A DNA stretch of 64,000 nucleotides from Monocercomonoides exilis PA203 (Eukaryota > Protista > Preaxostyla): NCBI GenBank assembly GCA_001643675.2, contig LSRY02000037.1, positions 1 to 64,000 on the forward strand, written 5' to 3'. The notes beneath the pieces were generated by a model. The model worked only from the letters and a program-made list of their open reading frames with translations. It was not told the DNA's origin and did not search any database. Position numbers and translations under genes: made by a program. This document shows, one piece after another, positions 1 through 13,666 of this stretch; position 1 is the first letter of the stretch, and the number at the start of each line of letters is the position of its first letter.

Positions 1-3000
1 CTCTCAGTCAGCGTGATCAGGCTTCCCTGATATTGTTGTGTTCAATATCGACACATTCACCACTGAAATCACTTCCACTTCTGCTCCAAACTCCACAAAC
101 CCTTTCGCCACACTCAACTCAGAAAGCGTCAAATCCACAATTGCAACACTTCCTCCATCCACTCTCGCAACACAATACTTCATCTCTCCTTTCCTCAGAA
201 CAATCAATCGAACAGCTCACAACTGAAAGCATTGCAGAGGAAGACGATGATTGAATGAATGATGAATGCCTCCCCAATTCATTTGACAAAGAAAATGATA
301 TGTTCTTGAATGAAAGATGAACATTCGAAACAACCATCGATTCACCTTCTCCATTTCCATCCATTTCTCTCACTTTCAAAACTGTCCCTTTCTTTTCTCC
401 TTCGATCGTCACAATGGGAGTTTCTGTCAATGAAGGAGCTGATGGAAATGATATTCCTTTGTTGAGTGCTCCTGTTCCAACAATGTTGATGTGTGATTCC
501 CCTTCTCCAAGTGGTTCATATCTCAGTGATATCAAGTGCTCAATCGATGAACATGGTGCTTCTGAATATCCACACCCACTGAAGTCTCTTCCTCCCTCCT
601 TCGAAACAAACCCATTCCCACTCCAGTTGCTCCACAAATACACAACCAATGGAATTACATATTCCTCATTTGTGCTCACTCTCTCCCATCCACACAGCTC
701 ATCAAACGATCTCAACTCCTCTGAACTCATCTCCCATTTGAAATGATCCTTGTTCACAACCTCACTCAGATTCCATCCTGAAACAAACACATTCTTCCCT
801 TTCCAGGCATTGCATCCCTCAAATATCATTCCTTCAAGCACAAATGATCCCATTTGATGGGGAAGTTCAGCAAACATCCCTCCTCCCAATCCTCTTCCTC
901 CCTCTTCGCTATCCTCTGATGGCACTTCACATTCAGATAAATTCACATTATTCATTTCCAAGCTCCCTCCATTCCCCACCGATATCATCATCCCTCCTCC
1001 TTTCATCTCACTTCCACCTGAACATCTTGATGATAAATTGCTTTCTTCAATACAAACACTTCCCCCTTCTTCATTCATCCCCACATTCAAACATCCTCCT
1101 CCTCCATTTCCACCTGCAACTTCCACCTCCACTCCACTCACTCTGCTCTTCAAAATCTCCAATTTCACTCCATCACTCATTGATATTGGTGATTTCCCAT
1201 TCATCGTCACTGACCCTTCCATCACAAATCCATTCATAATTAATTCTCCTCCCTCAATCCTTATCACATTATATCCTATCTTTCCATCAGTCAATGCCCC
1301 ACTTTCAAATGAGACTGAACAGTTCGTCACACTGAGTGTTGATGTAGAATGAATGAATGCTTTTCTCCTTGGATCCAACTGACCTTTCACAACAAATGAA
1401 AGTCTGCTCATTGTCAGTGAACTCGAACATCCAACAAGCCATTCTTGTGTGGCTGATCCTCCATCACTCACATTCACCTGTATTTTCTCCTCCTCTTCCA
1501 AAGATTCTATTCTGCCTGAAATTATAACACCAAATGATGGTCCTGTTATTTCCTTCGTTATTGACGAAGATGAGATAATCTCTATTTCTTTTGAACTTTC
1601 ACTCAATCTTGAGTTCGCACAATAATCAACTGTCAAACACCCAAACCCTTCAAATCCACAATGATCGTGATCCTTCCCATTCCCTCCACTCCCATCAACA
1701 ATCATAGTTGTCCCCATTGTGCACAAATACACAAACAGTGGAATCACTTCACTTTCATCTCCATTTTCACTCCCACTCAACCTAAACACATCTGATGGAA
1801 TTTCACTTGTATCAAAAAGGCAAATGAAGTTGCATTTATTTTTGATTCTAACAGCACACCATCCCCACAATGAACACACACATCCTTCCCGTATGAGGCC
1901 ATATTCTCCTTCACTTTCGAAAACTCAACATTCCCTCCAATTGTCAATCCACATTCCCCATTCTCCATCCCCACAAATAATCCTCCTCCTCTCCCTCCGT
2001 TTCCTCCATTACTCCCTGCCTTGCATCCATCAATCACACTTGTTCCACTCGCTACCACATTCCCACTTCCCTGCAATCCAACATACATTCCTCCTCCATT
2101 TCCCTCCTCACACTCACAATCCTCAATTGTTATGTTGCTCACCACAAATGTCTCTTCTGACTTCACACTCTTTGCCACCACAACTCCATCTCCAATCTTC
2201 AACTTCACATTCCGAAGTGTCACATTTGACAAAACACTTTCTTCTGATGAATGTTCTGGCTCAGAAAACAATGGTTTTGAGATATTCATATCTTTGATCT
2301 CCACACCAACCATCGACAGCTGCGATAGTGGAACCACAAACACTGATGATGATATCACATATTCTCCTGTATTACTCGTGGTGATCACAACATCCTCCAA
2401 TGAGAGTGACCCGCTTCCTTCAGACACAACAGCCACACTCGGCGAAGAAGGATTTGTTGTTGAGTTACAATCAATCTTCAAGTGCATCAAACGAAGACGG
2501 CCACTTGTCACACTGAACAGAGAAATCGAAGTTGATGAAAGTGCTCCTGTTCCAATCGAACTCCTCTCTTTGCCTGTCCCAACAACAGAAATCTTCTTTG
2601 TCCCAATCTCAATTGTTGTTGTTTCGCTTTTGTGATCTCCTTCCATTGGGATGACAATCAATCTTGTCTGTGTCCTGCTTTGATGAACGGCAACGCCAAT
2701 GGTTCTGCATGCACTTGACTCATCCAATCCACACAGATCATCTTCGCCACCACCACTCGCAGCCACAAACCGATTGAGAATCCCTCTCTTCATCCAATCC
2801 TTTTTTCTGTGTGCTTGTGGTTCCAATTAGTGCCATCATAGTGTTCATAAAATAATCTTTTATCATCAATGCTTGTGGAATAGCACTCGTAAAATGGATT
2901 TCCAGAATCCAAAAGTGTTTGTAATAATCTGTATATTCAACGTCATGTCCAAATGGTGGATCAGCCAAGCATTTGCATTCATGGAAGAACAAGAAATAAC

Positions 3001-4645
3001 AATAAACTCCATCATCAGGTGGTGTTGGCCTGTTCGGAAATAGTCTCATTCCGCCTCCAATTGAATTTGCTGAACATGAAATAAACTGAATGTTCCTCAT
3101 TTTGAATGCAGCAGGAACATTATAGCAATATAGCCCTCCACCCCATGTATCAGTTATTGAACATGTTGCGAAACAGCAGTCAAACATACATGAGCTCCCT
3201 CCTTCTCCATCTTCTCCCCCAATGCACCCTGATCCAGATACACCAAAATTATCCAATCTCAACCCTCCCCCATCGAAGCGAGCTTTGCATATTTGGAATT
3301 TGCACCCACAGATAAGGGTACATGAACTTATTTGGTAAGTATATACCCCTCCCCACCATAGTTTTGTGCTGTGCACGAATTGAACACACTGCTCACCAGC
3401 TCGATCGATTTGATTGAATGGCACATGATAGCTCCTCCATGGAAGTGTGCGGTGCAATCATTGAATGCACAATTCGAAACTGAAAGTTCTCCAGAATTGA
3501 GATTATACATGCAGATTGCCCCGCCACTAGATTCTCCATCAGTATACGAATCACTTTCTCCAGTTGTATTCGATCCACTCCATTCACACCAAGTGAATAT
3601 ATTTCCTCCATCAGTTGTTTCGTTCTGTCTCCCTGGATGCTGTTTAGCATCTTTCGACCCGATGAATTCAACGTTCATTGTCCGACAACAGCAAGTAAAC
3701 GAGGTGTTTGAGGCAGTCAGAGAGGCAAAGGGGTTGTTGAGAGAGGGGACAATCCCTCCATCATACACATCACAGACTGATGAAAAGGAGCAACTGTTCA
3801 TCAAACATGTGGTTTGTGAAAATGCAGTTGTTGGAGATGGACATGCATCAGGTGCTGTTGAAATGTTGAAAAAGTGAGTTGTGAGAGAGATACAAGAGGA
3901 ATAGAGGGTGAAGAGATGAATGGGGCCGAAGACACACAAAAAGAGGAGAAATGAGAGGAACAAACTGAAACATGACATTTTTCTGAATGAACCCCTTCAA
4001 ATGGTTTTGAAGAGAAGAGAGATGGGCATTTCTGAAAATGTGAATTCAAAGGGAATCGGAGAGATATGTTGGTGAGCAGCCCACAACTTCCACTCAAACA
4101 AAATGGTGGCATTTCTCCTCCAATCTCTATCTTGCATCTGCTCACTTCGACGAAACATCCTTTCACTGCATTCAATACACTTTGACCTTCATTTGGCACC
4201 AGTCCCAGGGAGTGGAGTTTTATTGAAGAATTGGCAAACATCAAACACCCTTCAATCCAACTTTCTCCCTCAAATCTTTGTTGTTTCCTCATTTTTCGTT
4301 CATCAGACACGTTTGTTCCTCGAGCCATTTCATTTGGGCTGGCTTCTCCGAATTTGAGTTTTTCGTCCTTCTCTTCTTTTGAATCTCCATCCTTCCTTTT
4401 TCATATTTCTTCGTTATTTTCGTTCCACCTTCTCTTCCATCGTTGTTTGTTTCCAATCCAATTTTATTGGCAAAAACGTCCTCTTGAAAGATGTCCGACA
4501 AATTTCTCTCGAGATAATCATCAATTCTTTCTTTCTTGTATTCCCCCATCTGACATATTTCTTCATTTGCAGCACCATTGCACATGCACCGAAAATATAT
4601 TATGCAGACAAAACAGCATATTCCCGACAGCATTGAACCCTGCAC
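1..4645 (-). pseudogene. Large lineage-specific right-handed beta-helix (pectin-lyase-like) surface-protein family member, broken into at least 7 frameshifted ORFs; runs off the left edge
   Basis: Successive minus ORFs (4289-4645, 3801-4328, 3328-3978, 2738-3457, 1777-2826, 119-1879, 4-207) carry xxCxFxxC...GGAI/GGGL repeats and CG...PCxTI motifs (DLCGLDESSACRTI, SGCGYSEAPCSSI) also seen in 53428-56253. Several frame changes lie near homopolymers, so sequencing error is possible. Confidence 0.65.
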
Positions 4646-7247
4646 CCAAGTGGAATCTCCTTTTCTTTTTTCCTGAATTCCTTTTTTTTAATATGGGTTA
4701 TAAACTTTGAAAAATATTCATTTCAAAAGAAAAATTGTATTTTTATTTGAAGTTGCATTTATGTCAATATTTTTCAAAAGAATAAAAATTTTCATATTGA
4801 TCATATGAATAATATTAATTGAGAATACAACAATTTTGATATGTTGAGTTTTCATTTATCAACAAGTGTGCAGCGACAAAATGTGGTTTCTATGATGTTG
4901 CATTTTATTTAGAATCATCTGAGAGAGATTTACTTGCGCATTCAAATTTAACAATTGGTCAGTGGTTGTTCTTCAAAACATTTGTTTGTTCGAAGAATTA
5001 AAGAGCTTTTGGAGAAATATTCACAATTTCACATCGCAGCGTGATATTTTAAATTAATTGAGAATTTGTATTTTTGAACTTTCAAACATCAGAAACAATG
5101 ATTGATTTCTGAATTGAAGTTTGAAAAGCGAATCCTGGCCGAAATGAACATTTTCAATCAAAGACATGATCCACACAGGATTTATTTATTCATTTGTGTG
5201 CATTTCGCATTTTATGAATCGTGGATGCATTTTGCATGCTTTGGGCAGAAAAAGATGCAATTTCAGTCAAAAGAAATTTGCCAAGGGCTGAAACACTTGA
5301 AAATGGACATTTTCAGCAAAAGCAAAGATAATATTGGAAGAGAGGGGTTTTGAATAAAATGTTTGCCAAATTTTTATTTTTTCGAACAATTTCAAGAAAA
5401 CAAAACCATTTGTTTGATTATTAATTGGAATGGAAATCCACATCTGCTTTTATCTATTTTCATATTTTTAATTTCAATAGAACAATTCTAGAACAATGGA
5501 CAACGTCTCATGCGCCTTGTTTCTGGCTGATTTTCTTGACAAATTGCTTTGGTGAAAGAGGCAAAGGAAGAAAAATGAGCAGATGAATGCCAGGAGCTTT
5601 GGAAAAGTGGAGAAATGAAGTGAGATGGAAGATGGATGAATGATATTTTTTCTTTTTGGTGGAAGCGATGGAGAAATGCGTTGGGCGTGAAGGACGATTT
5701 GGGATTGGATTGCTGTTGAAGTGAAGAAAGAACAAAAATTGTGCTGGTGATTGCACAATGAAGGCATCAGATGGAAACTTGAAATGGAAGTGACTTCATT
5801 TCCATTTCAAGTTCTATTTGTGTGGGTCAGCATTGAATGAGAATGCTTGGAAGCAGCAGGAGTGAAAAGGGTTATGAGCGAATTTTTGTGAGGATGATTG
5901 AGAGAGAGAGAGAGAGAGAGAAATGCAAAGCAGAGGAAAAAGAGAATCAACCACAGCAGCAGAAGGAGATTTGGATGCACAAATCGTCATATTCACAGGT
6001 GCAACAAAAATTTCATTCGGAACATGAAAAAAAGGAATAATGAGCTGTCGAAGAATAAAATTGATGTGCAAAGATTTTTTTTCTTCTTCAACACAACAGT
6101 CTCCAAACACCCCTCAAACATCATCAACTCCTTCCTCACAATCTTCACTAATTGCTTTGGAAGAGCATGAAAAACACAAAGTGGGTGGACTATCTTCTGC
6201 CACTGTTGATTTTAAGCCACCTTTCACTTCTTCCTCTCTTGTGAATTCTGGGAGGAAAATCAATTCAACTTGTGGTGATTGAGCAGCAGAGAAGAAGAAG
6301 AAGAAGAAGAGAAAGGGAAAGAATCAGAATATTCTTTATGCATTGGCAATATGTTCTGTCATTGTTGTCAATTTTGTTCTTCTCCAACTTCATCGTCTTC
6401 TTCTTTTCATCTATCTCTTTGTTTTTCTTCTTCGACAACTCCCTTCCATTTTCATCTGTTTTGTTCTTCAATCTTCTTTGTTTCATCTATCTTTCTTGCC
6501 TTCGCTGAATTGGATGGACACGGAATCCGATTGGACGAGCAGCCAATCTGGATCTGACTTTTCTGACTCTTTTGCGAGAAAAGCAAAGAAGCAAGACAAG
6601 AGAAATGTCACTCTCTTCGTTGGTCTCTCATGCACCTTCGATTCTTTTTTGTTATTTTCATCATCATCTCCTTCATCTTCAGCAACAATCACTTATTCTC
6701 AAATAGACAAAAGCACACAGATCAACCAGTTCTGCTTTTGTATCTTGTTTGAAGGATATTGTTTCGTATGTATCGCTCTTCTGCTATGTCTCTTTTTTAA
6801 TTTCCACTCACTCAACATGCTTTCAAATCATCTGTTTATAATATTTTTATATTATTATTATTATTATTATTTGCTTTTTATTCATTTATTTAACGAAAAA
6901 AGTGGGAACACCAAAAGTAACCTTTTGCCGAACTCTTAAATTTTTAATATAAATTATAATTGTTTTATTGCACGTGTAGATAAAATGCAATGTGGTTATA
7001 ACCAGTTTGCAGTTTGGGAATAAACTAATTTTTGAAATTCTTTTTATTTTTCTTATTTTTCTTATTTGATGCAAATTTGTACCAGCATTAATAGTTTATA
7101 ATTTTATTTATTACTCATATGCTGTGATGCTCAATTCTTTTCTTTTCCTTATTGATTGGAACTTAATATAAAAGCAAAGATTATTAACATTTGAAACTTA
7201 TAATTTAAAAAAAAGTGAAATGAATTTTTTTTTGAAGAAATGAGCCC

Positions 7248-10200
7248 TCAACTCGAGCTGATGTTATAATAAGAGGTCAGCAACTGCTGCTGTTCTGTAG
7301 AGAGCGCAGCGCATGTCTGTGTCCATGCGCTTTGCGACCGGCAGACCCCAGCTATTTTCGACAGGACCTCGTAAAGACGCGTCTTCGCTTCGGCAGCAAT
7401 CGGATCTGAGGCAGGCGGATACGGCGATCCCATCGTCGGCACAACAGGATTCAGCGAAAGCAGCGCAGAAAGCAGCAGCGGAAGGTCCGCAGCAAACGGC
7501 GTGTAGTTGCTGGCCTTGATCATCTCGCATAGCCCCACCGCCGCCGACGTCACGGTGTACTTCCCCAGGTTCAGCGAGCGGTGCTCCACAGCCGCCAGGA
7601 AAGAGCGTGCCAGCGACGGACACTGCTGCAGGAACGACAGCGTCGGCAGCGAGCCAGGCGCAGCCAGCGCGGCCGCCACAGGCTGCGGGAAGGACGCCCC
7701 GACGCGGCAGAGGCAGTCTGCGCAGTGTGCAGCATACGCAAAGGCCGGGTGGTCGGGCGTGGCTGGCTCGTCCTCCCGCGACGGCACAGCCGAGTGCGGC
7801 AGCGGGATCGGCGCAATGGAGGTGGGCGTGGACGTGATGATCGGCGCTGCATACAGCATCATCGGCACCAGCGCATGCAGCATCTGCGGCAGAAACGGCG
7901 CCAGCGACGACGCATTCATGCACCCCACAATTATCTCGCTCGCACACCGCACAGCCGCCGTGGACACCGAGAAATGGCTCAGCGCATGGTCTGACACACG
8001 CTCAAAGTTCAGCGCAGGCGTGGGCGGCGGCTGGCCTGCAGCACACACACCAGCAATTCATCAAACAATTTTCGGTTGAAACAATAATAATAACAATCAA
8101 AAATAAAAAAACAAAACAAACCAGCAGCAACAATGTGTCCAGGGATCATCCGCAGCAGAACAAGCGGAAAGAGATCAGCCAGCAGCGACTGAGGCGCGGC
8201 AGAGATACCCAGCAGCGAGGCACACTCGCTTGTGCGGAACAGCTCGTCAGGCAGCTTCGTCGTGAGCGTCACCGGCACATACACCGCCAGGTTCATCAGC
8301 GTCTGCAGCGCCGACCGCAGCAGAAACGGCGCCCGCGACCGGCACGCCGCCATCAGCGCCACGGCAAACGGGCTCTGGATAAACAGCGCATTCAGCAGCT
8401 TCTCTGCCGGCGTCGTCTTGATGAACGAGCTCAGCACGTTGAACGCCGCCGTCGCCGACACCGCCTCGCTCTCTTCGTAGTTGTCCCCGTCGAAGTCCAA
8501 GTTCCACGTCTGCTGCACCGTCTTCCCCCGCGCCCGCTGCTCCGCCTCGTACCGCGTCTGCTCCGTCTTCTCCTCCCCAAGCACCATCCCGATGATCCCC
8601 GTGCAGTACTTGAAGATGTCCACCGAGTAGCTCTCCAGCGCCGCCCCTGTGATGTTGTGCACCAGGTTCGCAATCGACATCAGGATCTGCGGAACAAGAA
8701 TCTCGTCCTTCTGCGGCAGGTTGTACAGCTTCTTCAGCAGCTGCCCCATCAGCGCACTCAGCACCTCCGCCGACCGGAACAGCGCCCCCGCCGCATTCAC
8801 AATCGCATCAATCACCTCACACAGCGTCCGCACATTCCGCTTCTGGTACTTGTCGAACGCCACAAACACATTCTGCAGCAGCGTCACCACATACGGCCGG
8901 ATCCGGCTGTGCGCCTCTTCCACAACATAAATGATCGATGTGCACGCCGACCGCTGCACCTGTTTATTCCCCACGCAAACCCATCCACAAATAAATGAGA
9001 GAGAAAATGAATGAATGAATAAGAGAATGATAAAATTTGTTTCAATGAAAAATAAAAATAAAAATAAATCAAACCACTTTGAATGTGTCGAGCATCCCGT
9101 TCACAAACACCCCCAGCGCCTTCGTCAGCATCTGCCTGTCTGCTGCCCGGTGGATCGGGCGCCCAGCCTTCTCCATCTCCGCCTCCTCCTCGTGGTACCC
9201 GTTCTTCACATCCTCTGCGTCCAGAGGCCCGCACAGCCACCGCGCATACCGCCCCAGCGCCCAGTGGCAGATCATCCGGATCAGCGGGTGCTTGTCCTGC
9301 GCCAGGCTCTCCAGCCACGGCACCAGCGTCGGCACAATGCTCGCCATCGCCCTGTCCGTCGAGCAGTACTTCCCCAGCAGCCCCGTGCAGAACACCGCGC
9401 TCTCCCGCTCCAGCCACTTCTCCTCCCCTTCCATCTGCAGCAGCCGCCCAATCACTCCCGTCGCCGCCTGCACCACCTCCTCCGGGAAGTACCAGCTCAG
9501 CAGCTCAAACGCATTCCCGCAGTTCTTCCGCGGCGTCGCCGTGCTCGCCATCTGCTCCGCAATCGCATCGTCCTCCAGGTCTTCCTCGTCCCTCTTCTTC
9601 TGCAGCGCTGCCTCTGCCCCTGTCGTGTCGGCCACTATCGTCGGCGCAATGCTCTTGTCGTCGTCCACCCGGCTTTGGTCTGTGCTCAGCGAGTTTTGGA
9701 ACTCAAACAGATCCACATCGCTGTACTGCATCAGCTCTATCAGCTTCGGGATGAGACTTGAAATGGAACACATACACACAAACACACACACAAAATATCA
9801 GAATAATCAATAAAAAATTGAATGAAAATGAATTGAATGAATTTATTTCCTTTTTCTTTCAAAACTGATAAAAAGAGAGAAAGAATCACACATTGGAATC
9901 GCTTGCTTCACTTGTTCGTTTTTGATGAGAACATTTCCCTTCTCCCCTTCCTCCGTCCACGGCACCTCCACAAACGTCCGCACAAAGTCCACTGCCTCCG
10001 CCACCACATCCGCATTGCCCGACGAAAGATGGCTGATCGCAAACTGCAGCAGCGGCGTCAAATACGGCAGCAGTGGGTGTGTCAGCGGCGCCCCAGGCGA
10101 TGTGCACACACACGGAAAGCTCACAAGCGCGCTGAACGATTTGAACACCTCTTCAATCACAGCCGCCTCGCTGTGCCCGGCACACGCAAACAGACACTGC

Positions 10201-12587
10201 AGCACACACCCCACAAAAACAGCATTCATTCATTCATTCATTCAACCAATCACAACATTTTGGTGAATAAACACATGCACAGTTGAAGAGATGAAGAATT
10301 CACAATTCAATATGAAATTGAAAATGAATAAAAAAAAAAGGAAAGGAAAGGAAAGGAAAGGAAAAGGAAAAGAAAGATAGATGATGGATATGAAAATTGA
10401 ATAGTTCTTAATGAAAGAGGAAGAGAGAGAGAGAAAGAAAGAAATGCATCACCTTCAGATATGGTTCCAGTTTGCCTCCTTCCATAAACGTAATCGGCGA
10501 GTCTGTCGAAAACGCACGCACCATCTGCAGCACATCGCAGATGATGCGCACAGGCGTGGGGATTGGCGCCTGCGACGTGGTTGTCACGTAGGTCGGGTTC
10601 GCAAACGGCAGCAGCAAGTCAATCAGCTGCGACACTTCGCTGAACAAGCCACGCAAAATAAATCATCATTCCCCAAAAACAAAAACAAAAAATAAAATTA
10701 AAATAAAACCAAAAGATCTGTGCACACTTCTTCGTAAACTGCGATTTGATGATTTTCTCGTTGTCTTCAATGAGAACTGAAAGACACTTCGCTGCTCCTT
10801 CTGCAAACGTTTTCATGTCTCCCTTTTTCGTCACCTCCAGCAGCTGCCCAATCAACGGAAGCAGCTGCACATATCCTGAAAGGCAAAAGCAAAAGCAAAA
10901 ACAAAAGCAAAAAGAAAAATGAAAATGAATAAAGAAAGAAAAGAAAGAAAAGAAAGAAAGAAAGAAAAGAAAGAAAAGAAAGAAAGAAAGAAAAGAAAGA
11001 AAAGAAAGAAAAGAAAGAAAAGAAAGAAAAGAAAGAAAAGAAAGAAAAGAAAGAAAAGAAAGAAAAGAAAGAAAAGAAAGAAAAGAAAGAAAAGAAAGAA
11101 AAGAAAGAAAAGAAAGAAAAGAAAGAAAAGAAAGAAAAGAAAAAAAGAAAGAAAAGAAAGAAAAGAAAGAAAAGAAAGAAAAGAAAGAAAAGAAAGAAAA
11201 GAAAGAAAAGAAAGAAAAGAAAGAAAAGAAAGAAAAGATAGAAAAGAAAGAAAAGAAAGAAAAGAAAGAAAAGAAAGAAAAGAAAGAAAAGATAGAAAAG
11301 AAAGAAAAGAAAGAAAAGAAAGAAAAGAAAGAAAAGAAAGAAAAGAAAGAAAAGAAAGAAAAGAAAGAAAAGAAAGAAAAGAAAGAAAAGAAAGAAAAGA
11401 AAGAAAAGAAAGAAAAGAAAAAAAAGAAAGAAAAGAAAGAAAAGAAAGAAAAGATAGAAAAGAAAGAAAAGAAAGAAAGAAAGAAAAGAAAGAAAAGAAA
11501 GAAAAGAAAGAAAAGAAAGAAAAGAAAGAAAAGAAAGAAAAGAAAGAAAAGAAAGAAAAGAAAGAAAAGAAAGAAAAGAAAGAAAAGAAAGAAAAGAAAG
11601 AAAAGAAAGAAAAGAAAGAAAAGAAAGAAAAGAAAGAAAAGAAAAAAAGAAAGAAAAGAAAGAAAAGAAAGAAAAGATAGAAAAGAAAGAAAAGAAAGAA
11701 AAGAAAGAAAAGAAAGAAAAGAAAGAAAAGAAAGAAAAGAAAGAAAAGAAAGAAAAGAAAGAAAAGAAAGAAAAGAAAGAAAAGAAAGAAAAGAAAGAAA
11801 AGAAAGAAAAGAAAGAAAAGAAAGAAAAGAAAGAAAAGAAAGAAAAGAAAGAAAAGATAGAAAAGAAAGAAAAGAAAGAAAAGAAAGAAAAGAAAGAAAA
11901 GAAAGAAAAGAAAGAAAAGAAAGAAAAGAAAAAAAGAAAGAAAAGAAAGAAAAGAAAGAAAAGATAGAAAAGAAAGAAAAGAAAGAAAGAAAGAAAAGAA
12001 AGAAAAGAAAGAAAAGAAAGAAAAGAAAGAAAAGAAAGAAAAGAAAGAAAAGAAAGAAAAGAAAGAAAAGAAAGAAAAGAAAGAAAAGAAAAAAAAGAAA
12101 GAAAAGAAAGAAAAGAAAAGGCAAACCTCTTTTAACAAATGAAGAAATCAGAGATGCCAGCGTAGATCGCAGCACCGAGTTCTCATCCCCAATACACCCC
12201 AACACTTGTCGAAAAACTTCATTTTTCATTTCTTCTGAAAAATGATAATTCTTATCTTCAACAACTTGTTTCAAGAAAGTGACCGCGTACTGCCGGTGGT
12301 AGAACACCAGTGACTTGTCGCAAATAACCGCCGCAAGATACACCGGGTAGTTCGGCACAGCCTTCGCGTATTCTTTCAGTTTCTAAATCCCAAATCATTG
12401 TTCACATCAACAAACATCTCAACAATCAGCCGGCACCACAAAAGCGGGCGCCAGCCTGTGTGCATACGCTCTCCGACGTGTTCACCAGCCCGTTCGCCTC
12501 CTTCGAGAAGTTCACCACCGTCTGCTTTATTTCTTCATAAGCCGAAGGATTTATCTGGCTCTTGCTGCGCAGCGACGCCCCAACCAT
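7248..12587 (-). CDS. TNPO1: Transportin-1 / importin beta-2 (karyopherin beta2), multi-exon
   Basis: Exons match recalled transportin motifs: acidic H8 loop then TPRKNCGNAFELLS (cf. NLRKCSAAALDVLA), WLERESAVF, DKHPLIRMICHWALGRYARW (cf. [20 protein letters not shown]), NKQVQRSAC, AFDKYQKRN. GC-rich exons are separated by AT-rich GT-AG introns. Start codon approximate. Confidence 0.85.
10931..12120. repeat. ~1.2-kb (AAAAGAAAG)n polypurine minisatellite inside the transportin intron 10876-12126
   Basis: Directly visible 9-bp unit with occasional GATAG and A-run variants. Confidence 0.95.
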
Positions 12588-12919
12588 TCACTCAAACAAA
12601 ATCACACTCAAAAAAAGCATTTCTGAAAGCAACAAAAACGCAATACCATTCAACAAAATCGCTCAGAAAAGCTGATTTCCAAATGAAAATTACAAATTAT
12701 AAATGCTTCGATCATCCACTTTTTCAACATCAACAAAGCAAAATCCAAAAATAATATTTTTTCATTGTTATATGTGTTTTTTCTCTCCAAAAAAAAAAAA
12801 TATTCAAAGAGAGAATTTGCCAATCCTTTCCTGTGAAAGATTATTGTTTTGATGAAAACTATATTTCTTTTTTTTTTCTGTTTAAAATTTGATATTGTTT
12901 CAGAAAACGCAAAAATTCA

Positions 12920-13372
12920 ATGAAAAACAGCGAGAAAGAATTGATGAATGCAAGTGATTTCAAAGAATCTTCCACTGTTTTCTCAAAGGAATTGTTCATT
13001 GGTTCTGTTTTTATAACTGAAGAAATGAAAATGTCAATGGGGAATGTGTTTGTGTTGAAAAACATGAGAATGGAACGGAGGGGGAAAAAGTTAGAAAGCA
13101 TTCCTTTGGAGACGATTTGAGAAGATGGTTGAAGAAAAGGAATGTGAAAAGGAAGAAAACAACAAAAAGTCGCTTGTTTGTCTTTTGAGAATGTCTTCTT
13201 CGATTCCATTCCAGATGCTTCTGCATCTCAAAAAGACTGGCTCATAATAGCGCATCCTTCCAAAAAAGGAAACAAAATTGGCATGACTGTGGATGACAAA
13301 CTCGCTAAAAAGCAAAACAAATGCATTTTTTTATTTCTTGACAGCTGTTTATCAGCTCTTCAAGATTGTTGA
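12920..13372 (+). pseudogene. Degraded fragment of the ARM-like helical-repeat multigene family
   Basis: KESSTVFSKELFIG...EEMKMSMGNVFVLKNM aligns loosely to EEFESIFTVRMYNKI...EEKLSWRNAILLLKN of the 58874-60463 gene; contains stops. Confidence 0.4.
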
Positions 13373-13666
13373 AAGGTTGGTGCTTTGGAGCTGATTGAAA
13401 AAGCTATTTATCCACATGGCCAGTTCCAATTCCACAACAAAACGATTCCAGATGTCAAGTTGTTTTGTTTCGACTCATTGTGTCATTTTCAGCTGAACTG
13501 AAAAGAACACAAAAATGAAGAATGAGGTACTTTTTGTTGATTGTTTTCATTTTTCAAATGAAATGAAATTCCGCTCAGGGAAAAAAAAATAAAATAAAAA
13601 ACGGACGATTCAGAAGGGAAACATGCTGAAATGGCAAAAGTAAATTGCTTTCCGAAGCAACCAAAA

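Noticed and set aside
1-4645. Programmed ribosomal frameshifting in the beta-helix gene
   Set aside because: Too many shifts with no shared slippery or stimulatory motif; decay or homopolymer sequencing errors are simpler.
4700-7200. Short low-complexity ORFs
   Set aside because: Microsatellite-rich, with no coherent exon chain or motif that I can support.
7264-10286. Many overlapping and antisense ORFs over transportin
   Set aside because: Shadow ORFs of GC-rich exons; no recognisable motifs.
10619-12358. Long F/L/S-rich and K/E/R-rich ORFs (579, 428, 253 aa)
   Set aside because: Translations of the intronic AAAAGAAAG minisatellite, which cannot encode stops.
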